A stretch of DNA of 64,000 bases from an uncultured Nitrospiraceae bacterium. GTDB taxonomy: Bacteria > Nitrospirota > Nitrospiria > Nitrospirales > Nitrospiraceae. Positions 19,518 through 28,557 of the stretch are shown here, one piece after another. Within the stretch, counting starts at the first letter, position 1, and each line of letters begins with the position of its first letter. The position numbers and the translations under genes were made by a program. The DNA is taken from positions 608,001 to 672,000 of the forward strand of contig CAVPLT010000001.1 of NCBI GenBank assembly GCA_963706325.1, in the 5' to 3' direction. The notes beneath the pieces are model-generated. The model was not told the origin of the DNA and did no database searches. It saw only the letters and a program-made list of their open reading frames with translations.

Positions 19518-21080
19518 ATGAGGACATTACCTATGCGCGCCAGTCTGATCATCCTATCTTGCAGTTTCGCGGCCATCACGGCCATGTCAGCCCATGCGCA
19601 GGATGCCCAAAGCGTGCGGTTGGGGGAATCGGCTTTGACTTTTTCCGCAGGCTCGATTCGCCAAGAGATGCCTTTGGAGGGTGTCGTAAATGTAATTACC
19701 GGGGACAATCAGCTTTCCGGCAATCGAATGATGGTCGGCTGGACCGGGACGGATGCGCTGTATCTCAAATTGAACAATCCGGGAGACGCGGCCCTGGGGG
19801 ATCTCTATACCGTGTACCGGCGCTCACGCAAGGTGTTTCACCCCATCACCAAACAGTACCTAGGCTATATCATCAATCGGTTGGGTGTAGTGGAGGTCAT
19901 TCAATTAGACTCCAAGGTGGTTGGTGTGCGAGTGGTTCGTTCATTTGCTCCATTCTCCCCTGGAGATCCGGTCATGCGGTTTGCTCCGCCTTCTGTGGAA
20001 AGTACGGTTGATGTCTCTTTGCCGGCGATTGATGTCGAGGCCATGGTTGTCGAGTTGCAGTCCGACAAGAATATGTCGCTCGTGTCGCAAGGGAATCTGG
20101 TGTACCTAGACAAGGGGCAAGAAGACGGTCTCCGTCCTGGCGACGGCCTGGAAGTGTTCCGTACGGGCGGCGGACTCCCTGAGAGGAGAATCGGCGAAGT
20201 GAAGATTCTTTCGACAGAGCCTCATACGTCTGCAGCGGTAGTATCTAAAGCGACGGCTCGGGTTCTGATCGGCGATCGCCTTCGGTCTACGCACACGTCA
20301 ATTCAGGCAATGCCATCTTCTGATGGTGCGGATTTCGATACTCCCGCTGCGACCGTAAAGCCGGTGTTGGCTGGGAACACGGGAAGTGCTTCGTCTCTCC
20401 CCAGCGAGTCTCGCCCAATAGGCAAGGTGCGGATCGACTATACTCCTGGGGGCACCAAGATTAATCTCGATGATCTGGCTGATCAACTAGAGTATGAGTC
20501 CGGCGAAGTGAAAATAAAGCCTGCTGCGATGCCGATTCTTGAGCAATTGACAGATTTCTTAACCACTGCGGCCGCGCATCAGCAAATTCGGGTAGAGGGG
20601 CACTCCGATAACATGGAGATTGGTCCAACACTGAAGGGACAGTTTCCGACGAATTGGGAATTGTCTAAAGCGCGTGCAGCCGAAATCGTCCGGTATCTGA
20701 TTCAGAAGGGCGGGATGGATTCTGCAAAGCTTTCGGCTGTGGGCTATGGAGCGAGTCGCCCGGTTGGAAGCAATGCAACCGACGAAGGCCGAAAGAAGAA
20801 CCGCCGCATCGAAGTTGTTCTCGAGTCGACGGAAGAAGCTTCGCCGTCGCAGCTAGTTAAGACGCCGTTAGGTCATCTCCAGCGGAAACCAGCCCAAGTA
20901 AGTCTTAACGACGGGGGCCTGGCAACTGCCGAGGCAGCAGCTGTCGTACCCGTATCCTCATCGCCGATAGGAGCCGCCTCCTCGGAGGCTGGGAGTGACC
21001 ATGCCGCTACTTCTGCGGAAATGCCAACACCGGCTTCGGCTGCCGGAGATGACCTGCCCTCGCCCCCGCCTGGGTTGTAA
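19518..21080 (+). CDS. Secreted OmpA/MotB-family peptidoglycan-binding protein with N-terminal beta-rich (FlgT-C-like) domains
   Basis: Signal peptide (SAHA|Q), VYLDKGQEDGLRPGD repeat-like motif, VEGHSDN...NWELSKARA...NRRIE. Confidence 0.85.
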   Translation: MRTLPMRASLIILSCSFAAITAMSAHAQDAQSVRLGESALTFSAGSIRQEMPLEGVVNVITGDNQLSGNRMMVGWTGTDALYLKLNNPGDAALGDLYTVYRRSRKVFHPITKQYLGYIINRLGVVEVIQLDSKVVGVRVVRSFAPFSPGDPVMRFAPPSVESTVDVSLPAIDVEAMVVELQSDKNMSLVSQGNLVYLDKGQEDGLRPGDGLEVFRTGGGLPERRIGEVKILSTEPHTSAAVVSKATARVLIGDRLRSTHTSIQAMPSSDGADFDTPAATVKPVLAGNTGSASSLPSESRPIGKVRIDYTPGGTKINLDDLADQLEYESGEVKIKPAAMPILEQLTDFLTTAAAHQQIRVEGHSDNMEIGPTLKGQFPTNWELSKARAAEIVRYLIQKGGMDSAKLSAVGYGASRPVGSNATDEGRKKNRRIEVVLESTEEASPSQLVKTPLGHLQRKPAQVSLNDGGLATAEAAAVVPVSSSPIGAASSEAGSDHAATSAEMPTPASAAGDDLPSPPPGL

Positions 21081-21248
21081 GCGACTCTAGCCGCCGGCAC
21101 CGTCCCGGTGCCGGCGGTCCTTGTTTGGTGTCTCTCGCTTCCCTTCATCGCCTCGATGCACCCATAAACTGTTCTAGCGCAATGTGATTCGGAGGGCACT
21201 CTTGGACTCCGTCATTGTTGCTCCGATCCGGTGTTGCTAGAATGGCGC

Positions 21249-23627
21249 ATGCTCAACCAGTGCCCATCTGTGTCTCCTACGATTCCGCCTCCTGCTTGTC
21301 CGGCCTATGTTGACGTGGTGTTGCCTCTCCGACTCCATCGGCACTTTACCTATCTGGTCCCGTCAGAACTCCAGGGCAAAGTAGCGGTGGGACAGTCTGT
21401 GATCGTTCCATTTGGAGCCCAAGATCTTCACGGCCTTGTCATTGCAGTCCATCCCCGCCTTCCGCCCGGTGCGCCGCATCGTGGAATTAAACCCATCCGT
21501 TCGCTCGCCGAGGCATGTTCAGACGAACAACTCACAGTTCATCAAATAGAATTGAGCCGTTGGATAGCCGAACGATACGCCGCTCCATGGGGGCAATGTA
21601 TCAAGCTTGTATCGCCTCCACTCGGTCAGGTGGGCCGGAATCAGGTACGGTATCTCATATCGGAGCAAGGGCTGGCCAGCCTGTCGGCTGGGGAAGATAT
21701 CGGAGACTTGGACAGGCAACTGCTCTTGCGCCTCGCTCGGCGTCCTAAAGGCCTCACCGCGGCTACTCTCACGCAAGGCACTCAGACTTCGGTGATGCGA
21801 ACGATACAGGTGCTGATCCGAAAAGGATTACTCCTTCGCCTGGATGAGCCGGCGATCCCGCGACCTAGTCGCAGCGAGAAGTCGTCGGTCAGTGCAGCCA
21901 GCCAGGCTTTTTCCAGGAAGATGGCCTTCGACGGGACAGCGCATCCGCCGGTCGAAGCAGCCTCCTGGCCGGCTACGGTGCGGGAGTTGCTCTTGCGGGA
22001 TGCCTACGCTTCCTTGCTGGTTCAGGCGAATGGTGACACGAGACTGTGGTGTCTGGTGCAGGCCGTTCAGGAGACCCTTCGTCGTGGGCGGCGGGTGTTG
22101 GTCATCACAGGTGACGTCGAGCATGCGAATCGATTGACCGAGGCCCTTGCAGTCACCGGACAGCACCCGTTGCTGTTGCATAGCGGCCTGACGGCGAGAA
22201 GCCGCGCCGCGGTATGGTCGTCGGCGCACAACCCTTCCGCGACGATCGTGGTCGGCACCCGCCTAGCCGCTTTCGCGCCGATTGAGCGATTGGGACTCGT
22301 GTGGGTGGAGGGCGAAGATGACGCCTCGCTCAAAGAGGAGCAGGTGCCTCGCTACCATGCCCGAGAGGTGGCACGTCGGCGTGCAGTCTGCGATGGGGGG
22401 CTGTTGGTCTTGGGCTCAAGCCATCCTTCGCTGGAGAGCTGGTCGGCGGTTCGGCAAGGCGAGACGGCGGCGTATGTTTATCGTGATCTGATGGCTTATC
22501 CGAGCGTTCGGGTCATCGATCAGAAGGACTACGCATTCGCGTCTGTGCCGGGAACGAGCTTGTCGCCTCCTCTCTGTGACGGCCTCCGCGAGGCCTTGCG
22601 TCAGAATGCCCTGGCAGTTGTGTATCTGAATCGAAAAGGGTTTGCGACGGTCCTGCATTGTGAAGATTGCGGCGCCATGCCGCGATGCGATGTCTGTAGC
22701 GTCACGCTGTCCTTTTACAAACGCAGCAACCATATGCGGTGTCACTACTGTGGGCGGACGAAACCCGTCCCTGATCATTGCAGCCAATGCCGATCTCTCA
22801 AATTGGAGCTGGTAGGTTCGGGCACGGAGCGGATCGAGGAAGCGGTTCGGCGGATGTTTCCTCAGGCGCGTGTGGGTCGTGTGGACGGCGAGACGATCCG
22901 CCGTCCAGCCGATGCGCGAGCGCTCCGTCGTGTGCTTGCCGCAGGCGATCTTGATATTGTGATCGGCACGCAAATGTTGTTTCGATTGGGTCTCCGTTCG
23001 GTAGCGGCTTTCGTGGCCGTGCCGGATGCGGATGCCGCACTCCATATCCCCGATTTTCGCTCGGCAGAGCGGATGTACCATAGTCTTGTCGACGCAGCCG
23101 AGCTGGCTCGCCCTGCTCACGCGGGAGGAGAGATCATAGTCCAGACTCGCTTCCCCGATCATCCTGCGATGTTGGCATTAACTCAGGGAGATGATGCGCT
23201 CTTTCTCGACTCCGAACTGATGTTGCGGCAGCTGCTCTCCTATCCACCGCATACACATCTCGTACGGCTGGATGTGACTGGTACGATTGAGCCAGTGGTA
23301 GCTCAAGCGGCCGATCGCTGGACGACGCTGTTACGGGCGCAGGTAGCCGGCTCCGAGCCTGTAGACTCTAACGACAGACGGCGGACGATGGCGGCTCAGC
23401 GGCTTACGGGTGTGGGCGGAGAGGGAAGGGAGCCCGTCATCTTGGGACCGTCTCCCGCGCCGCACGCCATGGCGAGAGGCCGGTACTGTTGGCAGATTCT
23501 GATTAAGGCGGTATCTCTTAAGTCGGCAACGGAGATCGTTGCCCTGACGCTCGCTGTGGTTGAACGAGGACCACGGCGAGGTGCTCTTAGGTTTGATATC
23601 GATGTTGATCCGGTCACGATGGGGTGA
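21249..23627 (+). CDS. priA: Primosomal protein N' (helicase motifs degenerate)
   Basis: N-terminal FTY...GQSVIVPFG, VVGTR.A.FAP, PRYHAR, LNRKGF, four CxxC pairs, PDFRSAER and C-terminal IDVDP. Confidence 0.88.
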   Translation: MLNQCPSVSPTIPPPACPAYVDVVLPLRLHRHFTYLVPSELQGKVAVGQSVIVPFGAQDLHGLVIAVHPRLPPGAPHRGIKPIRSLAEACSDEQLTVHQIELSRWIAERYAAPWGQCIKLVSPPLGQVGRNQVRYLISEQGLASLSAGEDIGDLDRQLLLRLARRPKGLTAATLTQGTQTSVMRTIQVLIRKGLLLRLDEPAIPRPSRSEKSSVSAASQAFSRKMAFDGTAHPPVEAASWPATVRELLLRDAYASLLVQANGDTRLWCLVQAVQETLRRGRRVLVITGDVEHANRLTEALAVTGQHPLLLHSGLTARSRAAVWSSAHNPSATIVVGTRLAAFAPIERLGLVWVEGEDDASLKEEQVPRYHAREVARRRAVCDGGLLVLGSSHPSLESWSAVRQGETAAYVYRDLMAYPSVRVIDQKDYAFASVPGTSLSPPLCDGLREALRQNALAVVYLNRKGFATVLHCEDCGAMPRCDVCSVTLSFYKRSNHMRCHYCGRTKPVPDHCSQCRSLKLELVGSGTERIEEAVRRMFPQARVGRVDGETIRRPADARALRRVLAAGDLDIVIGTQMLFRLGLRSVAAFVAVPDADAALHIPDFRSAERMYHSLVDAAELARPAHAGGEIIVQTRFPDHPAMLALTQGDDALFLDSELMLRQLLSYPPHTHLVRLDVTGTIEPVVAQAADRWTTLLRAQVAGSEPVDSNDRRRTMAAQRLTGVGGEGREPVILGPSPAPHAMARGRYCWQILIKAVSLKSATEIVALTLAVVERGPRRGALRFDIDVDPVTMG

Positions 23628-23634
23628 AACGCTT

Positions 23635-24066
23635 TCAACTGCGGATTCGTTTCTTTTTGTTCCGTAGCGAGGTCAGTTCTGGTTTCGGTGAAATGACTGG
23701 GGTGTTCGCCTCACGAACACGTTTGAACAGTCCGAAGGCAAATGTGACCCAGAAGACTGAGGAAAAGAGGCCAAAGAGGACGGCATTCAGAATCGTTCCC
23801 ATCTGTGCCTCGGTCGGCTGCTCCCCTCCCATCCGAATTTGAATCATGGTCACAATCGGCCAGGTCATGCTTTCAATCCCCAGTCCCAATGTGGTCCAAG
23901 CCCAGATGGCTCCGATGCTGCGTCCCCGCCACCACAGAAACGTCGTGGCGCCTGTGACAAAGATCAGCGTCCAGATTGGGGCCAACTGTTCCCACATTAC
24001 GAACGCCCCGACGGCGACGACAATTCCACCCAGTAGCGCGTGTAGGTGCGGAGTCCACCACATCAT
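23635..24066 (-). CDS. Hypothetical membrane protein
   Basis: About four hydrophobic segments and a basic tail. Confidence 0.7.
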   Translation of the reverse strand: MMWWTPHLHALLGGIVVAVGAFVMWEQLAPIWTLIFVTGATTFLWWRGRSIGAIWAWTTLGLGIESMTWPIVTMIQIRMGGEQPTEAQMGTILNAVLFGLFSSVFWVTFAFGLFKRVREANTPVISPKPELTSLRNKKKRIRS

Positions 24067-24185
24067 ATGATCATTTCTTCCTGGCGAGGAAAACGTAAAG
24101 ATGGTTAGTCTGCGGATCGGTCGGCAGGAAGTCAATGCGGCCCATTGCAGGGGGGTGAACGCGATCAGTACAGGTCGGGCGCTAG

Positions 24186-24557
24186 TCAGCGGGCAATCTC
24201 GGTGTGGACGGCATCCAGGAGCTGTTGCATCTCAAAAGGTTTCTGAAGGGTACGGCGAGCGCCGAGCATCCTGGCCACATCGAGAAAGTTCAAGATGCCA
24301 ATCATATCGCTGCCACCGGTAATGGCCATGATTCTCGCCTCTGGAAATTCTTGGCGGAGGGTCAAGATGCTTTCAAGCCCGTCCTGGTCAGGCATGAGGA
24401 TGTCCATGATCACCAAGTCTGTTGGTGATTGGCGATATCGAGTCAGCCCTTCTTTACCGTTCGAGGCCTCATGGACGTGGTAACCGGCTTGCTTCAATGT
24501 TTCATAGATGAGTCGGCGGATCGCCTCCTCGTCGTCCACGATTAAGACAGATGGCAT
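24186..24557 (-). CDS. Single-domain response regulator
   Basis: LIVDDE, IMDILMP, ITGG and KPF motifs. Confidence 0.92.
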   Translation of the reverse strand: MPSVLIVDDEEAIRRLIYETLKQAGYHVHEASNGKEGLTRYRQSPTDLVIMDILMPDQDGLESILTLRQEFPEARIMAITGGSDMIGILNFLDVARMLGARRTLQKPFEMQQLLDAVHTEIAR

Positions 24558-24665
24558 AACATTCCTCGCAACTGTCCTCAAGTGTGAAATTCGAGATGTC
24601 AGAGCGCGACGTGTATGAGTTGGTTGCCGTGGGTAATCGGATTGCGTCCCACGGTTATGGTGAAT

Positions 24666-26366
24666 TTACCGCTCCTTGTCCCGCTCGGCAAGGAATTCCT
24701 TCCCTTCCGTGTGAGTGGAAGCCGCCCCAGGCACCGGCTCGGTGATCACCACTGAGTTGGGGTACGGTATCGCGGGCAAGTATATTTCAATGATGGTGCC
24801 GTGAGCGACTGTGCTCGTTGCGCGGAAGGTGCCGCCATGTTCACTGACGATAGTTTGAACATCGGCGAACTCTGCCCCTGCCCCATCTCCCTCAGCCGCG
24901 GCTGTCACGAACGGATCGCACAACCGGGCCTGGATGTCGGGGCTCACTCCTTCCACGGTATCCGAAACCGTCAGGCGCACATACGGTCCCGCAGGGAGCG
25001 GCAGGTCATGGCCGTTCGCTGCAACGGCGAGCTGAATATTGTCGAGGCGCACTTCCAAGATCCCACCGGTCGATTTCATTGCCTGTTCGGAATGGGCCAG
25101 GAGACTCACACACACTTGGTGAATCTGGGTGGGATCGGCCAAGACGGGTGTGATTGCTCCAGGGATCCATTCGCGGAGGGTGATGTCTTTCGACAATCTT
25201 CCTCTTAAGATTCGAAGTGTTTCTTTCAGAAGGATGTCCAGCGAGATCGGTTGTTTGGCGTTCCCTGCCTGGCGCCCGAACACGAGCATTTGAGTGACCA
25301 GATCTCGAGCCCGCCTCGAAGCTAGGAGGACCTGCTGTATGTGGCCATGGGGTCGACTGTCGGGCACAAGGAGCGGCAGCGCCAAGTCTGAGAAGCCCAT
25401 GATGGCGGTCAGGCAGTTATTGAACTCGTGGGCGATACCGCCTGCCAGGGTTGCTATGGCCGCCGTTTTCTTCGCCTGCTGTAACCGAGCGGCCAGTTCT
25501 TTTTGGGCGGTGATGTCGGTGATAACCACCTGTACGGCCGGGTGTCCATCGAACGTGGTCGGGGTGGCGAGCATCTCCACGTCGATGGAGTTCCCGTCCG
25601 CTCGCTCAAATCGTTGTTCGACGGGCACGGGGGGCGTTGGAATACCGAGGTTCTCTCCCGGGAGCAACCCTCGGATAAAGTCTTCCGGGAAACATTCCGT
25701 CAGCAGTCGTCCCTCAATATCCCGTGCCGAGGTGAGTCCGAAGAGTCGGGTGCCGGCTTGATTGATGAAGAGGATAGCTTGATCGGCATGGACAAGGATG
25801 GCATGGGGCGATGCCAGAATCAGGTTCCGGTAACGTTCCTCGCTCGTGTGTAGCGCTTCCATGGCCAATTGTCGAGGAGTGACGTCGCGGACCATGCCCA
25901 CATATCCGGTCGAGATTTCCCCGTGGGTGCGTAGAGGGAAGGCTTCGGCCATGACCCAGCGCACAGATCCGTCAGGTCGTTGAAAGCGAAACTCACGTGA
26001 AAAGCTCCGATGATCAGCGATAGCGCTGGCCCATTCGGCACTGATGACATCGTGATCTTCAGGGGAGAGTGCATGAAGCCAGCAGTCTCCCGTGGTGGCT
26101 GCCGATGGCAGTCCAGCCATCAGGCGCAGTCGGCCGTTGAGGTAGAGCGTGTGCCCTTCTGGGTCCGACAGAAAGATGCCGATGGAGGCTTCGCCGGAGA
26201 GCGTCCGAATAAAGGACTCGATCGTCGAGTGCGTCCCGGAGGGGAAGGTCGCGAGAAGGTCTGGCGAAGTCACGCGCGACTCCCGTGCGCTGTACGAGCC
26301 CGATGAGTCATCAGTTGGAGGTATCCTCCGACATGTGTGAGCGTCACCTGGTGGCCCAGCTACCAT
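24666..26366 (-). CDS. PAS-PAS histidine kinase-like protein with degenerate HATPase (start uncertain, possibly GTG at about 26273)
   Basis: Two PAS/PAC domains (RPDGSVRWV, ITDIT) and H-box GGIAHEFNN. The N, G1 and G2 boxes are altered. Confidence 0.85.
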   Translation of the reverse strand: MVAGPPGDAHTCRRIPPTDDSSGSYSARESRVTSPDLLATFPSGTHSTIESFIRTLSGEASIGIFLSDPEGHTLYLNGRLRLMAGLPSAATTGDCWLHALSPEDHDVISAEWASAIADHRSFSREFRFQRPDGSVRWVMAEAFPLRTHGEISTGYVGMVRDVTPRQLAMEALHTSEERYRNLILASPHAILVHADQAILFINQAGTRLFGLTSARDIEGRLLTECFPEDFIRGLLPGENLGIPTPPVPVEQRFERADGNSIDVEMLATPTTFDGHPAVQVVITDITAQKELAARLQQAKKTAAIATLAGGIAHEFNNCLTAIMGFSDLALPLLVPDSRPHGHIQQVLLASRRARDLVTQMLVFGRQAGNAKQPISLDILLKETLRILRGRLSKDITLREWIPGAITPVLADPTQIHQVCVSLLAHSEQAMKSTGGILEVRLDNIQLAVAANGHDLPLPAGPYVRLTVSDTVEGVSPDIQARLCDPFVTAAAEGDGAGAEFADVQTIVSEHGGTFRATSTVAHGTIIEIYLPAIPYPNSVVITEPVPGAASTHTEGKEFLAERDKER

Positions 26367-26367
26367 G

Positions 26368-26383
26368 GCATAGTGTGGGCCAA
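26368..26383 (-). promoter_or_regulatory. Candidate sigma54 (-24/-12) promoter
   Basis: TTGGCCCACACTATGC on the minus strand (GG-N10-GC). Confidence 0.3.
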
Positions 26384-26768
26384 GTATCGAGTGCCTCGCT
26401 CATCTTCAGTGAATAAGTACGTAAGTTGGGATCATAGCACCATGCTGGAGGAGGCCGGTAGAGATGATTAACATTTTGCACTGGAATTGGACTCTAGTTG
26501 AATAGGGCCATTTGTCGGTGTGAACGGAGAAGAGTTGTGGGGACCCTCTGGGCTGGTACTGTGGGTTGGATGGGCGCGTGACATCGACCTGCGAGAATTG
26601 TGACGAACAGGCATGAGTCAACCTGCGTGAAGCGACAGGCAGTCTGACTAAAGGATTTGCGCAAAAATGTGAGGCGCAGAATGTTCTGAAGGAAAGGCGC
26701 ACAGAATTACTCATCCGAGTATCGCGCGGCTTGCGATAAAACTGCGCGGATCACGTGAGCAGTAAGGT

Positions 26769-26852
26769 TGGTGCCGAAGGCGGGACTTGAACCCGCACGG
26801 CTTGCGCCACACGCCCCTCAAACGTGCGTGTCTGCCATTCCACCACTTCGGC
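26769..26852 (-). tRNA. tRNA-Leu(GAG)
   Basis: GCCGAAG acceptor stem, anticodon loop TT-GAG-GG, long variable arm, GGTTCAAGTCC T-arm, encoded CCA. Confidence 0.96.
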
Positions 26853-26954
26853 CCTCGAAGGCGTAATCATCAACCGCTGAAGCGCTATGCGTACAACTGA
26901 GGGGCGCAGTAAATGATCTGACCGCTGCGTACGCATCACGCCCCAAGGAAGCGC

Positions 26955-26984
26955 ATTATAGAAGTGGTCCAAAATGCTTGTCAA
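26955..26984 (-). promoter_or_regulatory. Consensus sigma70 promoter for tRNA-Leu
   Basis: TTGACA-N18-TATAAT on the minus strand. Confidence 0.7.
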
Positions 26985-27075
26985 TCAACTAGTTGTCCGG
27001 TAGAATCTGACACGTGCTGCGTAGGCATATCGCACATTTTCCCTCATTACAGCGATCAGCGGGCTGAATTTTGAG

Positions 27076-27771
27076 ATGATACCTCTCTCAATCCCACCTA
27101 TTTCCTATACGAGTCAGCAGACTGCGATCGCGGCGCTCTTTGACGTCGATAACACGATGCTTCCCGGGCAGGTGAGTGAAGTGCGATTTTTTCGATTTCT
27201 CTGGAGGCGTGGTCTAGTTGGATGGCGTGAGGTATGGGACAGTGCAGAATGGGTCTTACGACAAGCGCCATCTATTTCATTGCACCCTCTCCGAGAGCGG
27301 AAGCTCTATCTGGCCGGAAAAGTTGTAGCCGATATCGAGTCGTTCGCAGAGGAATTCTGTCGTGCCGAAATTGTTCCGTATCTCTCGACCCAGGCGGTAT
27401 CTCGCATGGACGAACATCGACGGGCTGGTCATTACATAGTACTGGTGACTGGGTCCCTGGAATTCCTGATGACGCCGCTGGCAACATTGCTAAACGTATC
27501 CACCCTCCTGGCGGCTAAACTCGAGCAGCAGCAGCAGCGATTTACCGGTCAGGTCTGCTCGCCCCTTCCCTATGGCCCCGGCAAACGAGAACTGATTACT
27601 CACTTGACAGAAGAATGCGGCATTGATCTGGCGCAGTCTTTTGCCTATGGTGACAGTCCCGGTGATGTTGAGCTGCTTCGTATGGTAGGCCATCCGCTGG
27701 TCGTGAATCCTATCCGAGGCATGGCCTCTATCGCCCGTCGTCATGGGTGGCCGGTGGCCATATGGAAATGA
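27076..27771 (+). CDS. HAD-IB family hydrolase
   Basis: FDVDNT, VTGS, GK and AYGDSPGD motifs. Confidence 0.9.
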   Translation: MIPLSIPPISYTSQQTAIAALFDVDNTMLPGQVSEVRFFRFLWRRGLVGWREVWDSAEWVLRQAPSISLHPLRERKLYLAGKVVADIESFAEEFCRAEIVPYLSTQAVSRMDEHRRAGHYIVLVTGSLEFLMTPLATLLNVSTLLAAKLEQQQQRFTGQVCSPLPYGPGKRELITHLTEECGIDLAQSFAYGDSPGDVELLRMVGHPLVVNPIRGMASIARRHGWPVAIWK

Positions 27772-27808
27772 AGCAGTCATTCGTCGTCGACTCTTGGATG
27801 CCTGGACT

Positions 27809-28447
27809 ATGATGAAGGTGACAGAAATCTTTCACAGCATCCAGGGCGAGTCCACCTATGCCGGTCGACCCTGCCTGTTCATCCGATTGACGGGCTGTCC
27901 GTTGCGCTGCACCTGGTGTGACACTGCGTATGCGTTCTATGGCGGGCGAGACCTCACGATTGAAGAGATTGTGGAAGAGGTCAGGCGCTTCGATTGCCCG
28001 CTTGTGGAGGTAACCGGAGGAGAACCTCTTAGTCAACCAGCATCCTTGGGACTGCTGACACGACTCTGTGACGAGGGATTCGAGGTATTGCTGGAGACCA
28101 GTGGCGCGATCGATACGGCCGGTGTCGACCGGCGGGTGCATGTTATTCTCGACGTCAAGTGTCCGGGGAGCGGCATGGCTGATCGGATGCATTGGCCCAA
28201 CCTCCAACGGCTCTCGTCGCAGGATGAAGCGAAATTTGTAATCAAAGATCGGGCCGACTACGAGTGGGCACGCGAGCGCGTCCGTCGCGAGGCGCTTGCG
28301 ACACGATGTACGGTGCTCTTTAGCCCGGTGTTCGGTGATAGAGAGGTGCGCCAACTGGCCGAGTGGGTGCTGGCGGACAAGCTGCCGGTCCGGTTTCAGC
28401 TCCAACTTCACAAGTACATTTGGACGCCGGACATGCGGGGAGTGTGA
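27809..28447 (+). CDS. queE: 7-carboxy-7-deazaguanine synthase (radical SAM)
   Basis: EIFHSIQGE, CPLRCTWCDT, TGGEPL, ETSG and QLQLHK motifs. Confidence 0.9.
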   Translation: MMKVTEIFHSIQGESTYAGRPCLFIRLTGCPLRCTWCDTAYAFYGGRDLTIEEIVEEVRRFDCPLVEVTGGEPLSQPASLGLLTRLCDEGFEVLLETSGAIDTAGVDRRVHVILDVKCPGSGMADRMHWPNLQRLSSQDEAKFVIKDRADYEWARERVRREALATRCTVLFSPVFGDREVRQLAEWVLADKLPVRFQLQLHKYIWTPDMRGV

Positions 28448-28557
28448 CCCGTCCACGTGTCATTTAAGAAACGTCTTGTGTCCTGCAAATGATGGGATAC
28501 ATTTCCTGACAGAGCAGTGAAAGGACAAGGCAACAAGGCAAAGCGCGTGGAGGATTG

